Assembly: GCA_018652955.1 (NCBI GenBank)
Contig: JABIBA010000013.1
Span: 55,880 to 119,879, forward strand
Direction of reading: 5' to 3'
Length of the DNA stretch: 64,000 bases
From: Candidatus Peribacter sp.
Lineage (GTDB): Bacteria; Patescibacteriota; Gracilibacteria; Peribacterales; Peribacteraceae
Shown here: piece after piece, positions 1 to 9,615 of the stretch
Numbering within the stretch: the stretch's first letter is position 1
Layout of the letters: every line of letters starts with the position of its first letter
Program-made: the position numbers and the translations under genes
The notes under the pieces: model-generated
Told to the model about the DNA's origin: nothing
Seen by the model: only the letters and a program-made list of their open reading frames with translations
The model's database searches: none

Positions 1-350
1 AAAATTCCTATAATCGGAATAATTTCGCTGTGTTCATCATTGGCATCCATGACACCATCGGACCACTTCAGTGACTGATGGTCGGGGTGTGAGTTTCGCC
101 ATGGTGTTCCTGAATCATCTTTTTTGATCCATGCCCAGCCATCTCGGTCGTATCGTACATTTCCTATTTCTGCATCTTCAGCTTTTTTCTTTCCAAACAA
201 ATAGACTCTGTATAGACGCTGCTCACGTGCAAGTTCGCGGTTGGTACGTAGGCGACATGCATCTGTAGATGCAATGGGATCTGCAGCACCTACGAGAGCA
301 GGTGAGCTAAGGAATATGAGGGCCAGAGTTATGGAGAGCAGGCGTTGCAT
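1..350 (-). CDS. Secreted hypothetical protein (partial, runs off window start)
   Basis: Not in the ORF track; translated by hand. ATG at 350 overlaps the upstream TAA (TAATG). MQRLLSITLALIFLSSPALVGA-ADPIASTDACRLR... stays open to the window edge and has a clear signal peptide. Confidence 0.75.
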   Translation of the reverse strand, partial: MQRLLSITLALIFLSSPALVGAADPIASTDACRLRTNRELAREQRLYRVYLFGKKKAEDAEIGNVRYDRDGWAWIKKDDSGTPWRNSHPDHQSLKWSDGVMDANDEHSEIIPIIGI

Positions 351-3300
351 TATGGGTTAGTAGGAGGGGTGCAGAAGTTATCCGTGCAGACTTCTCCTGG
401 CAGCAGAGGCTTTGGTTCAAACCGTTCGATGTATCTTTCGATACGTTCCGCTTCTGGTACACGGAAGTTTTCAAACATTTCTTCCTGTGGCATGTCGTAG
501 CGGAATCGATCATCTGGATTTGTTATGATGTTACTACTTTCGTCACGTACACGTTCCCGTACATCTAGCATAAGCGCATCGGGATCGTAGTCGCTTGTAA
601 CATCCAACATCCATCCATCACGTGGTTTACGCTCGTAGAAGTTATACAGCTGACACGCCCAGTCTTCGCGTTGACAGTATGTTTGTCCGTGGACGATTGG
701 ATCACGGAACTTTCCTACAGAACGCATATCATCCTTGAGGAAGATAGCAGGTCTAGCGCCTATGCGTTGGAAGCGTTCGTCGAGGTCTGCTTCGAAGTGC
801 ACGCATTTTTCTTTAGGGTCATTATGCGGTCGAATGCAATCTTGTTCTGTGCCCTCTCGTACACACCCACTTGTTTCACCTGCTTCGCATTTTTCGAGCG
901 TGAGACTCTTCCAGAAGAGTTCATATTCTCTACTCATTCCATCTATGAGGTAGTAGGTTTGGAAGAGGAATACCGTAAGACTTAGGAAGTCTACGGTTGG
1001 CATTTTAATTTTTGGGAATGGGTCTCCAACTCTTGATTGCGTTGTTGTGCTAAACACTGCAGCCTCTTTAAATGAGGGAAGATCTGGGTGCCCTGCAGGA
1101 GTAATGACCCTAGGGAGGCCAGCGATAATTTCATCCGAAAGAGTATCAGGGAATGCAGGGAGCGGTGCCAATACGGGGTATTCGTCTGGTTCTTTGTCCT
1201 GCTCTAGCGGTGGTGGTTCGATGTCATCAAATGCAATACGGATTTGAATGGGTTTTAAGATCGGTAGCTTTATTGTGCGTTGTGGCTCTCTGAATGCTGT
1301 GAAGTCCAACACGATATCTGGATCTCGAATAGTATTCGGTAATTGTGGTAGTAGCGGAGGAAGAGGGAAGAAGCGATCGCAAACAGCAGGGTCTGGGAAT
1401 ACTTTAGGACCATTCTCTATTCGAGTTCGAATAACGAATTCAGCGCAGTCGAAGTATTCCGCAAACAGACTTAGGTCCAGTGCTCCACAACTTGGTATAA
1501 AGCCTTGGACACATTCTTGGAGTGTTTGATCTGCGATGGTACATAGGCTGACGAGGTCTGTATTTTGAATGGCTTGGAAGCATTGTGTGTACTGCCGCAT
1601 GCCTCCTGTGGTGTCTCCAAAATTCTCTCTTCCTGGTAGCCAAGGGTCGAGGAGAGAATATACCGGAGAAGTAAATCGCTCATTGCGCGGCCACGGGAAT
1701 GCTTTTTCGTCATGGAGATCCCAATATTCCGATTGTATAAATTGCCAGACCGCTTGGAAGTATTGAATCCCTGCTTCTACAAGTAGATACGTTCGGTAGC
1801 TTTGAATGTTTTCATCCAGCCAGTCTGCTAGTTTTTTGCTGACCACTCTTTGTTCTTTAAGCATTGCCCCTGCATAGCGTGGTAGCTCTGCTCGAAGTTT
1901 GCGTACTTTGTCTGCTTGGTCTGCATAGAGTTGTAGTTGTACAGAAACTGCTCTGGCAGGAGCTTCTCCAGGGAGTCCTTTGTTCCGCTGTTTGCGTGCC
2001 CAAATTTCCCAACCCTGAGCGATGGCACGTAGCTCTGTAGGGTTTACTATGGGTACAACAATAGGCACAGGCTCTCCTTCGATGCGAAGCAGTAGGGCTC
2101 GTTCCATAAAGCTCACGACATCTCCTAGTAGATCTTCCCTCGCTTGTACTTGCACTTCTATAGATTCAGATCGAATATCTGGAGACAGCTCCCCAGGCTC
2201 TGGATCTTCTGGCGGTGTGTAGAGAGGATCTAATGGGTTTAAGTCTATGGTCCATGTTGTTGGAAGCATGAGACGCACAGTTGGGAGTGTGAAGTTCTTG
2301 TGCATCTGTGTCTCTACCATGTGCCACCATTCCACCATAGTGCGGCGCTCTTTGGTAAAGTCTTTTTCTATGGTGATCGTATCATCTGGTGTACGAATAA
2401 GTGCTCCACTGCTGAGTAGCCGCTTTGTATCGAGCTGAACACTTGCACGCTGTTTGGCACTGTCTGTTGTCAGTAGCGTGAAGGAGAAGTCTCCATGGAA
2501 TGTGTTCCCAAAGACTTCATCGTTAATCATAGAGAATGCTCCTAAATTTATATTTCCTCCCCGCAAGTTTGGCCACCAGAGATCTTTGTCTTGAGCAAAC
2601 GGCCTAGTGGGATTGCCGAACGGATTGTCGTTGAGGAAGTCTTTGAATGCTCCCTTTCCTCGTTGTGTTTCTTTCATCTTCCAGAAGTTTACTTGGTCTC
2701 CATCTCCGTCATCTGCTTCGTAGTACGCCGCAATGGTGCAACGTTTATCTTTGTTTTCAATCTTTTCAAGTTTTGCATCCTCAGGAGCAAGATCGTACAT
2801 GCCGTAACACGCTACGGGGATGTTCTCTTTCTTGTGGTCGTCTTGCGGTACTTGCTGCAACAACGTTTGAGATCGTTCGTAGCTGGCATCTGCGTACTCA
2901 CGGAAGAATGAAATATATTCACGGTTTTGTACTATCTTTCGTAAGTTTTCATCTGGATCTGTCCACGCTCCTATGTTTACGCCGAGGTTACTTGGGTCAA
3001 ATCCTAATGTAATCAACTGATTAACTAGTTCGGTCGAATCTTGAGGGATCCCAATTAAACATTTTTCTGGTAGATCCGCTGGGAAAGGCTCTAACCAAAC
3101 ATCATTAACAATAACCTCATTGGTATCCGGGAAGAGTCGACAGTCCTCACCAAAGCAAGGCTTACAACTTTCCCCTTTGTGATCTTGGTCGTATGTTTTG
3201 CCCCCAGAATAGGGGTCATCACTACAACACTCATACACATTGCCCTCATTCCAGTTATCTTCGCGTTTTTTTTCGCTATGTTCACTGGTGTCTACTTCTG

Positions 3301-4393
3301 CAGGGAAACCGCATACCCCTTTTTCATAAAGATAGATGGGAATAGGAATCGGAATAGAGACATCAAGAACCGTTATAAAGTCTATGCAAATGTGCACGAG
3401 CTTATTCCACCGAATATATACCCAACTATTAAGATCTTGGCATACCCCTGCGAGTTGACCATTTTCATCTAACTCTTGGCAAAAGCCATCGTCTGGTCCT
3501 TTGGTTTCTTTTCCTCCACAAGAATATTTTACGAGGTCTTCTTTGGGTTCGTACGGTTCCTGTCTGCCACATTGCACTTGTGTAGAGTCTTCTTCGTCCC
3601 AGTTATCAGGTTTTCCTGGGTCATCGAGAGGTCTTTGGCAGGGCTGCTCACAGAAGAATTGTGCGGTGTCTCTTCGTGGAGCATTCTGGTATCCCGATGG
3701 TGGAATTTGCCTGATATCAGGGTGTCCTGAGGGTCTGCATACAGTAGTGAGCCCACAGGTTGTTGCTCTGTTCGTTGGATAGTCAAATCCTGTGCGTTGC
3801 TCTGGCTGAATGTATGCACGTCTACCTTGCCCTGGATTAAACTCAATATCTTTTGCCGTTCCCCCTGTCTCTCTTCTCTGTCCAAGTCCTGACCGAATGT
3901 TTCCGTAGGCGCGTTCGGTATCACGACCGGGGACTCCTTCTACTTTTGGAATTTGCCCTTGTTGAGGATCAGTTTTCTTCGCATTTGCTTCCATTGCTGC
4001 GTCTCCCTGTGTGTCGGTGGATCCTTCTTTTGTCCATTCATTTATGTTCGTCTTTTTCCAAAATGCATTCCCGCTATCTTGGCAACGTGCCCCAAATGGT
4101 TCATCTACCGTTGGTGGGCATACGGGTTCTTCTTGGTCGAATACACCGTTTACTTCGAGGAGCCAGTTCCATCCTCCAGAAAATGCTTCTTGTAAGTTTG
4201 AGTGAATGTTTTCATCGGGGTCATTACTCTCGCCTTCTATAATCACTTTTTTAATTTCGTCGTAGTCACCAGGGTTTTTATCTGGAATGGAATATGGCTG
4301 ATGATCATTCGCTGCAAGTACGGGTGTGACGCAGAGTACGAGCACACTCATGACAATGAGATATGCAATGTTCGAGCGGTGGTGGGGTTTCAA
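350..4393 (-). CDS. Large secreted Cys/Pro/acidic-rich protein of unknown function (1347 aa)
   Basis: Long ORF with N-terminal signal peptide (...VLVLCVTPVLA-A) and about 35 Cys in clusters by my count. No recognisable domain. Confidence 0.8.
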   Translation of the reverse strand: MKPHHRSNIAYLIVMSVLVLCVTPVLAANDHQPYSIPDKNPGDYDEIKKVIIEGESNDPDENIHSNLQEAFSGGWNWLLEVNGVFDQEEPVCPPTVDEPFGARCQDSGNAFWKKTNINEWTKEGSTDTQGDAAMEANAKKTDPQQGQIPKVEGVPGRDTERAYGNIRSGLGQRRETGGTAKDIEFNPGQGRRAYIQPEQRTGFDYPTNRATTCGLTTVCRPSGHPDIRQIPPSGYQNAPRRDTAQFFCEQPCQRPLDDPGKPDNWDEEDSTQVQCGRQEPYEPKEDLVKYSCGGKETKGPDDGFCQELDENGQLAGVCQDLNSWVYIRWNKLVHICIDFITVLDVSIPIPIPIYLYEKGVCGFPAEVDTSEHSEKKREDNWNEGNVYECCSDDPYSGGKTYDQDHKGESCKPCFGEDCRLFPDTNEVIVNDVWLEPFPADLPEKCLIGIPQDSTELVNQLITLGFDPSNLGVNIGAWTDPDENLRKIVQNREYISFFREYADASYERSQTLLQQVPQDDHKKENIPVACYGMYDLAPEDAKLEKIENKDKRCTIAAYYEADDGDGDQVNFWKMKETQRGKGAFKDFLNDNPFGNPTRPFAQDKDLWWPNLRGGNINLGAFSMINDEVFGNTFHGDFSFTLLTTDSAKQRASVQLDTKRLLSSGALIRTPDDTITIEKDFTKERRTMVEWWHMVETQMHKNFTLPTVRLMLPTTWTIDLNPLDPLYTPPEDPEPGELSPDIRSESIEVQVQAREDLLGDVVSFMERALLLRIEGEPVPIVVPIVNPTELRAIAQGWEIWARKQRNKGLPGEAPARAVSVQLQLYADQADKVRKLRAELPRYAGAMLKEQRVVSKKLADWLDENIQSYRTYLLVEAGIQYFQAVWQFIQSEYWDLHDEKAFPWPRNERFTSPVYSLLDPWLPGRENFGDTTGGMRQYTQCFQAIQNTDLVSLCTIADQTLQECVQGFIPSCGALDLSLFAEYFDCAEFVIRTRIENGPKVFPDPAVCDRFFPLPPLLPQLPNTIRDPDIVLDFTAFREPQRTIKLPILKPIQIRIAFDDIEPPPLEQDKEPDEYPVLAPLPAFPDTLSDEIIAGLPRVITPAGHPDLPSFKEAAVFSTTTQSRVGDPFPKIKMPTVDFLSLTVFLFQTYYLIDGMSREYELFWKSLTLEKCEAGETSGCVREGTEQDCIRPHNDPKEKCVHFEADLDERFQRIGARPAIFLKDDMRSVGKFRDPIVHGQTYCQREDWACQLYNFYERKPRDGWMLDVTSDYDPDALMLDVRERVRDESSNIITNPDDRFRYDMPQEEMFENFRVPEAERIERYIERFEPKPLLPGEVCTDNFCTPPTNP

Positions 4394-4583
4394 GGAAGGT
4401 ATAGTGCGTGATATCTTATCAAGAAGCGAAGAACTGTGCTTGGCGCATAGTGCGCAGAAGTATATCTACGCAACGAGAAAGATTTGCACGCAATGAGAAA
4501 TGATTGCGACACGCAAAAGCTAGGTGTACGTTTGTGCACATCTCAACTAGAGACCTCCTCTAATTCCATTCCCCCTTTGAGAT

Positions 4584-5462
4584 ATGTTTTCATTAAATCG
4601 CGTCCACATCATCGGTTACCAGACACAGCCCGTAGAGGTACGTCAGACTCCTGGCGGAACTTCCGTTACGGATTTAAATTTAGTTGTTCCCTACACCTTC
4701 AAGTCTGAAGCTGGAGAGACACTAAAAGGAAAAGGTTTTCACACGGTTACCCTTTGGGGTGCCATGGCTGACGTTGCAGGTCAGTATGTTAAAGCTGGCT
4801 CTCAGCTCTTTATTGCAGGTCGCCTGCAGACTGATAGCTGGGAAGACGAAAAGAGTGCTGAAAAGCGCTCTAAGACCAAAGTTGTTGGTCAGGACCTTAT
4901 TATGCTTGATCCGAAAGATGGTCAGATGCAAGCACCGGACAACGCACCAAACGTCTGTAATGTAGTAAACAAAGCAGAGGTTGTTGGTAATGTCACAAGA
5001 GACCCTGAAATGCGCACCACAACAAACGGTCAGCAAGTGCTTACCATCGGTGTTGCAACAAACGAGAGCTGGAAAGATAAGTCTTCTGGAGAAACCAAAG
5101 ATCGCACAGAGTTCCACAATGTTGTGATTTGGGGCGAGCTTGCAGAAGAAGTTTCTCGTACTATTAAAAAAGGAAACCGTGTCTACGCTTCTGGTCGTGT
5201 GCAAACACGAAGTTGGGAGACGCAGACAGGTTCTAAGCGAACAACAACAGAGATTATCGCAGACAGCGTATGCCTACTTGGTATCTCAAGTGCAGAAGCA
5301 AACGATGCAGTAAGCCGCAGTGCACAGGGTGCACCTGCACGTGCTTCATCTGATCAAGGTGCTCCTGCCCCTGCTCCAGTTGCTGGAGGAGGTGAGACAG
5401 CTGCTGCTGTTCCAGAAATTAGCTATACATCAGAAGTTAAAGCAGAAGATCTCCCGTTTTAA
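4584..5462 (+). CDS. ssb: Single-stranded DNA-binding protein with two tandem OB folds
   Basis: Two SSB repeats (LNRVHIIG...GRLQTDSWE...KTKVV and VNKAEVVGNVTRDPEMR...TEFHNVVIWG...GRVQTRSWE...TTEIIA), a low-complexity linker and the acidic tail EDLPF. Confidence 0.93.
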   Translation: MFSLNRVHIIGYQTQPVEVRQTPGGTSVTDLNLVVPYTFKSEAGETLKGKGFHTVTLWGAMADVAGQYVKAGSQLFIAGRLQTDSWEDEKSAEKRSKTKVVGQDLIMLDPKDGQMQAPDNAPNVCNVVNKAEVVGNVTRDPEMRTTTNGQQVLTIGVATNESWKDKSSGETKDRTEFHNVVIWGELAEEVSRTIKKGNRVYASGRVQTRSWETQTGSKRTTTEIIADSVCLLGISSAEANDAVSRSAQGAPARASSDQGAPAPAPVAGGGETAAAVPEISYTSEVKAEDLPF

Positions 5463-5483
5463 AAGGGACTGACATTGTTTACG

Positions 5484-5509
5484 AAGGGCCGGCTTACGCT
5501 GGCCTTTTT
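5484..5509 (+). terminator. Rho-independent terminator of ssb
   Basis: GGCCGGC-TTAC-GCTGGCC hairpin followed by TTTTT, about 20 nt after the ssb stop. Confidence 0.75.
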
Positions 5510-5520
5510 GTTATCTATTC

Positions 5521-5557
5521 TTCTTGTCACTTTTCCGATGAAAAGTAACCAAAAATC
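5521..5557 (-). repeat. Intergenic hairpin element, copy A (U-tract-GGTTACTTTT-loop-AAAAGTGAC-purine tract)
   Basis: Minus strand reads TTTTTGGTTACTTTT-CATCGG-AAAAGTGACAAGAA. Same architecture as 5859-5910 and 7261-7310. Confidence 0.55.
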
Positions 5558-5858
5558 TTAGCCACTGATGTGAACGAAGCAATAAAGACAGAATGTACCT
5601 GAGCGCTCCTGGACGAAGCCTGCTGCGCAGCTTCGCACTGCGTCGCTAAGTAGATCCTATAGCGGGGTAATCTTCGTCCACACTACAGTGGCATGACGAG
5701 TGACATAATTCGTAACGGCGAGCGCATTTGTTTGAGAGCGAAGAATAGACTCATTATTCTCATATAGCGCGTGAATGCCAAGTCCCGAAGGGAACTTGGT
5801 TGAACGTGCGCACAGAACAATACTTCTTGTATTACTTCGCACGAGTCTGCGCTCGTCT

Positions 5859-5910
5859 TGATTTTTTTGGTTCGTTTTTGCATTAAGGCAAAAATGAACA
5901 AAGAGAAAGA
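5859..5910 (+). repeat. Intergenic hairpin element, copy B
   Basis: TTTTTTTG-GTTCGTTTTTGC-ATTAAG-GCAAAAATGAAC-AAAGAGAAAGA, preceded by further hairpins such as CCAAGTCCC-GAA-GGGAACTTGG near 5778-5799. Confidence 0.55.
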
Positions 5911-5916
5911 GATACA

Positions 5917-6780
5917 CTAGAACTCCAATGTTCCATCCTCTTTTACAAATCGCATTTCCACTTCGAGTCCTTCGGAGATTCCTTCGTCGATTGTTTTAAC
6001 AACATTCACTGCATCTTCGAACGTTGCGTCTCCATCGTTAATCAAAAAGTTCGCATGTTTTTCGCTGATGTGCACGCCGTTACTTTTTGTTTCTCGCAAG
6101 CCCGCAGTGTCTATCAGTTGCCATGCAGGAGTGTCGCCTACAGCTTTAAAGCATGAGCCTGCAGTTTTAACGTGTGGTTGTGTATCGAGTCTTTGTTGTA
6201 ACAAGCGACCTATTTCTGCTGTAATTTCTTCGGGATCTTTCTTCGGGATCGTCAGGTTCACAGACCAGATGATAGGAGAGTTTAATTTTTTAAATACACT
6301 TTCACGGTATTCAAATGCACACTCTTGCTTTTCCATTGTCTTCCAGCTTCCATCCACAAAACATTCAACGGATTCAATAAAACTATCAATCCAAATTCCC
6401 TTTGGTCCTTGTCCGGCATTTCCAAATACTGCACCTCCAACTGTTCCAAGGATTCCGGTAAAAGGGGAAAGATCAAAACCATCAGCTGCTAATTCATTAA
6501 TAAGCATAGGGAGATTTTTGGCAGCTTCTACAGTGACCAGAGATCCATCAATGGAAACTTCTGATGCTGCAATACGGACAACAAGTGCATTGATTTCCCC
6601 ATCAGCAAAGATCGTATTACTTCCTCCTCCCAGCATGATAAGTGGGATAGAATTCTCTTTCGCAAATTTGATTGCCGCTTCTACGTCTTCTTTTGCAGAA
6701 AGGTCTGCGTAGTACTTAGCAGTACCACCAATACGCATTGTTGTTTTGCCCTTGAGGGATACGTTCTCCTGAATGTCCAT
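5917..6780 (-). CDS. murB: UDP-N-acetylenolpyruvoylglucosamine reductase
   Basis: TTMRIGGTA, LGGGSNT, GTVGGAVFGNAG, TAGSCFK and SEKHANFLIN motifs. Confidence 0.95.
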   Translation of the reverse strand: MDIQENVSLKGKTTMRIGGTAKYYADLSAKEDVEAAIKFAKENSIPLIMLGGGSNTIFADGEINALVVRIAASEVSIDGSLVTVEAAKNLPMLINELAADGFDLSPFTGILGTVGGAVFGNAGQGPKGIWIDSFIESVECFVDGSWKTMEKQECAFEYRESVFKKLNSPIIWSVNLTIPKKDPEEITAEIGRLLQQRLDTQPHVKTAGSCFKAVGDTPAWQLIDTAGLRETKSNGVHISEKHANFLINDGDATFEDAVNVVKTIDEGISEGLEVEMRFVKEDGTLEF

Positions 6781-6786
6781 ATAGCC

Positions 6787-7230
6787 CTATTTTGACACGA
6801 TACTCGTGATCTTCTCCATTGTATCCGTGAGTTTTTGGCTCTTTCCCTTCTTCTTTGCACGTCCTAGGGCAAATGCCAACACTCCGAGCCCGAGGATACC
6901 TCCAGCAATAATCAGAAATTCACGTTCTTTGAGGTAGATTCCCCAAGGAGCAAGAGCGATCTGGGCGATAGCTAAGACAAATACACCTGCAAGTACACCG
7001 ACTCCAAGTGTTACGGTGACGAGCTGTTCTTTGTTCTCTTGGCTGTCTTGCTGTGCAGAGGCGAGGTCTGTAAGAAGTTCGGAATCAATAATCACAGGCT
7101 CTTTTCCCCATTGCTTAAAGAGGCTTAAGACTTTGCGTTGCAGTACAAGTCCTACGAATGTTTTAAACGGCACAGCGGTCTTGCCTTCGACAATTGCTTT
7201 ACCGTGATCTGTTTTAAGTTTTGCGTCCAT
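6787..7230 (-). CDS. Hypothetical membrane protein (two C-terminal TM helices)
   Basis: Start moved to ATG 7230 (MDAKLK), which has TACAAT 6 nt upstream. Two hydrophobic segments. Confidence 0.75.
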   Translation of the reverse strand: MDAKLKTDHGKAIVEGKTAVPFKTFVGLVLQRKVLSLFKQWGKEPVIIDSELLTDLASAQQDSQENKEQLVTVTLGVGVLAGVFVLAIAQIALAPWGIYLKEREFLIIAGGILGLGVLAFALGRAKKKGKSQKLTDTMEKITSIVSK

Positions 7231-7260
7231 ATTCCTATTGTAATGGAGATGATCATCTAT

Positions 7261-7372
7261 GCCTACTTTCTTTTGTCTACCGCACAAAAGAAAGTAGCAA
7301 AGAAAAACCCACCGCCAGCCGAGCCCCCTCCACCTGCCGCAACACCCCCGCGCGGTGGCGGGTCCTGCCCAG
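7261..7372 (-). repeat. GC-rich structured intergenic element ending in hairpin copy C
   Basis: Perfect 14-bp inverted repeat CTACTTTCTTTTGT / ACAAAAGAAAGTAG (7263-7297), next to a GC-rich CCGCCA/TGGCGG stem region. Lies directly after the gltX stop. Confidence 0.55.
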
Positions 7373-7373
7373 G

Positions 7374-8858
7374 CTATAAAGAACCTTGAGCCTTTTTTAA
7401 CCTCGAGAGAGTTTTTTCTTTACCTAGTGCAGCTGCAACTTCAAAAGCACCTGGAGAGAAGGGAAGTCCTGTGAGGACTGCACGCAGTGGCCAGAGGAGT
7501 TGGCCTTTCTTTAACTCTTTCTCATCGCACACGGCAAATAAGACATCGTGCAGAGAAGTTTCAGAGAAGTCATCGAGGGGTTCTAGTGTTGCGATTAGTA
7601 GGTCGATCATTTCTTTGGCGAGTTTCTCGTCTAGCTTTTGTTTTTTGCTCGCAATCATTTCGATATCTACTGCTGGATCTTCGTAGTAGTAGCTGAGCAT
7701 CTCGGGTGCTTCGTGATCAAAGGTAATACGTTCTTGAATCAGCGTTGCACGCTCTACAAACTTTTCATCTTTAGCTGCTTCTGGATACTTTTCGGCAACG
7801 ATTGGTTGAATGCGAGCGGCAAATTCTGCAGCTGGAATACTACGCATCCATTGCCCTTGGAACCAGTCGAGCCTGGTTACATCAAACACTGCTCCACCCT
7901 TTTGAATACGATCGAGTGAGAAAGTATCGACAAGTTCTTTCATCGTAAACATCTCTTGTGTTGTTCCGGGGTTCCATCCGAGCAATGCAATAAAGTTTAC
8001 GACTGCTTCTGGGAGGTATCCTTTATCAATGTAGTCACCGACAGCAACGTCGTTTTGTCTTTTGCTGAGCTTTCCTCCACCTTGGTTAAGTAGTAGTGGC
8101 ACGTGTGCGTAGCGCGGTGATTGCCATCCGAGGTATTCAAATAACAGTAAGTGTTTTGGTGTAGAGCTAAGCCATTCTTCTCCTCTTACTACAAGATTGA
8201 TATCCATCAAATGATCATCAACAACGTTTGCAAGATGATACGTTGGAAACCCATCACTCTTAATCAAAATCTGGTCATCAATTTCCATTCCTTTAAATTC
8301 CACTTTGCCACGAATATCATCGGTAAACCGAATTACATTTCCTTCAGGGATAAGCATGCGTATTACGTACGGGTCTCCATCTTCTAGCTTCTTCTTCCAC
8401 TCTTCTTCTGGAAGCGTGAGAGAGTTTTTCATAGTGGCGCGCACAGAGGCATCATATTTTGGCGCAGGGTTTCCAGCGACGGATTCACGCTCTCGCATGT
8501 GGTCGAGATCTTCTTTGGTATCGAATGCGTAGTAGGCGAACTTTTTTTCGATGAGTTCTTCGGCGTACTTTCGGTACAGATCAAATCTTTTGGATTGTGT
8601 GTACGGTCCGTGCGTTCCTTCTTCGACAATTGCACCATCACGCATCATCACTCCTTCGTCAGGGTCTATCCCTGCCCAATGTAGTGCTGTGAGAATGTTT
8701 TCTACTGCTCCGTCTACACTACGCGCTTGGTCGGTATCTTCAATACGTAGCAAAAACTTCCCGCCTTCTTGTACTGCAGCTAAATAGGCAAACAGGGCAG
8801 TACGCAGGCCTCCAATATGAAGCATTCCAGTCGGAGAAGGGGCGAAACGAGTACGCAT
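7374..8858 (-). CDS. gltX: Glutamate--tRNA ligase
   Basis: RTRFAPSPTGMLHIGGLRTAL (HIGH), LRIEDTD, PTYHLANVVDDH and KLSKR (KMSKS) motifs. Confidence 0.97.
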   Translation of the reverse strand: MRTRFAPSPTGMLHIGGLRTALFAYLAAVQEGGKFLLRIEDTDQARSVDGAVENILTALHWAGIDPDEGVMMRDGAIVEEGTHGPYTQSKRFDLYRKYAEELIEKKFAYYAFDTKEDLDHMRERESVAGNPAPKYDASVRATMKNSLTLPEEEWKKKLEDGDPYVIRMLIPEGNVIRFTDDIRGKVEFKGMEIDDQILIKSDGFPTYHLANVVDDHLMDINLVVRGEEWLSSTPKHLLLFEYLGWQSPRYAHVPLLLNQGGGKLSKRQNDVAVGDYIDKGYLPEAVVNFIALLGWNPGTTQEMFTMKELVDTFSLDRIQKGGAVFDVTRLDWFQGQWMRSIPAAEFAARIQPIVAEKYPEAAKDEKFVERATLIQERITFDHEAPEMLSYYYEDPAVDIEMIASKKQKLDEKLAKEMIDLLIATLEPLDDFSETSLHDVLFAVCDEKELKKGQLLWPLRAVLTGLPFSPGAFEVAAALGKEKTLSRLKKAQGSL

Positions 8859-8862
8859 GTGA

Positions 8863-9603
8863 TTATTCTACCACTTCCACCGTGTAGGTGATTGCCTTTA
8901 CTGGCATATCATTTGGGTGTTTCTCGGCGTTAGCGATGGCATCAACAATATCCATACCGTCTGTAACTTCTCCAAATACAGTGTGCTTGCCTTCTAGCCA
9001 CGCTGTGCCGCCTTTCTTCTGGATAATGAAGAACTGTGAACCATTGGTGTTTGGCCCGCTGTTCGCCATAGCGATAGCACCTTTCTTCATGGAAAGAGAC
9101 TTGAGATTGTCGTTAAAGCTGTATCCCTGCAATTGTAGGTAGTCTTTTACGGTTGCATCCTTGAGCTCTGGTGGAAGTGCACCGTCTACTTCGTTTTTAA
9201 GCTTCTTTTTGTGGAGACCATAACTATCGGCGTTGATCTCATCTTCAAATGAAGAGCCAAATACACTCTCTCCTCCTGTTCCGTTTCCGTTTGGGTCACC
9301 TCCTTGAATCATGAAGTCTGTAATAACGCGGTGGAATGTTAGCCCGTCGTAGTAGCCCATTTTGGCGAGCACCACGAAGTTTGTTACTGTTTTAGGGGCA
9401 GCATCTGCATCGAGCTCTAACGTAATATCTCCTTCTGACGTGTGCAAGATTACTTCGTAGTCTCCTTTGAGAAGCTTGCCGTCAAAAGCAGTATCACTAG
9501 GTGGGTTATTTGAGTCGTCCATAGGAGTGTCGGTTGATTCTCCGCAACCTGCGAGAAGAGCGAGTGCGAAGAGGGGAATTATCAGAATGTGGAGTTGTTT
9601 CAT
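8863..9603 (-). CDS. Cyclophilin-type peptidyl-prolyl isomerase, lipoprotein
   Basis: Lipobox LLAGC; YYDGLTFHRVI-DFMIQGGDP, AMANSGPNTNGSQFFI and HTVFGEV motifs. Confidence 0.93.
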   Translation of the reverse strand: MKQLHILIIPLFALALLAGCGESTDTPMDDSNNPPSDTAFDGKLLKGDYEVILHTSEGDITLELDADAAPKTVTNFVVLAKMGYYDGLTFHRVITDFMIQGGDPNGNGTGGESVFGSSFEDEINADSYGLHKKKLKNEVDGALPPELKDATVKDYLQLQGYSFNDNLKSLSMKKGAIAMANSGPNTNGSQFFIIQKKGGTAWLEGKHTVFGEVTDGMDIVDAIANAEKHPNDMPVKAITYTVEVVE

Positions 9604-9615
9604 AGCCGCAATAGG

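Noticed and set aside
671..4411. Numerous plus-strand ORFs opposite the 1347-aa gene (and similar antisense ORFs throughout)
   Set aside because: Typical antisense shadows without motifs or initiation signals.
5657..5917. 86-aa and 72-aa ORFs in the ssb-murB gap
   Set aside because: Non-ATG starts, no motifs, and they run through hairpin elements; better explained as non-coding structure.
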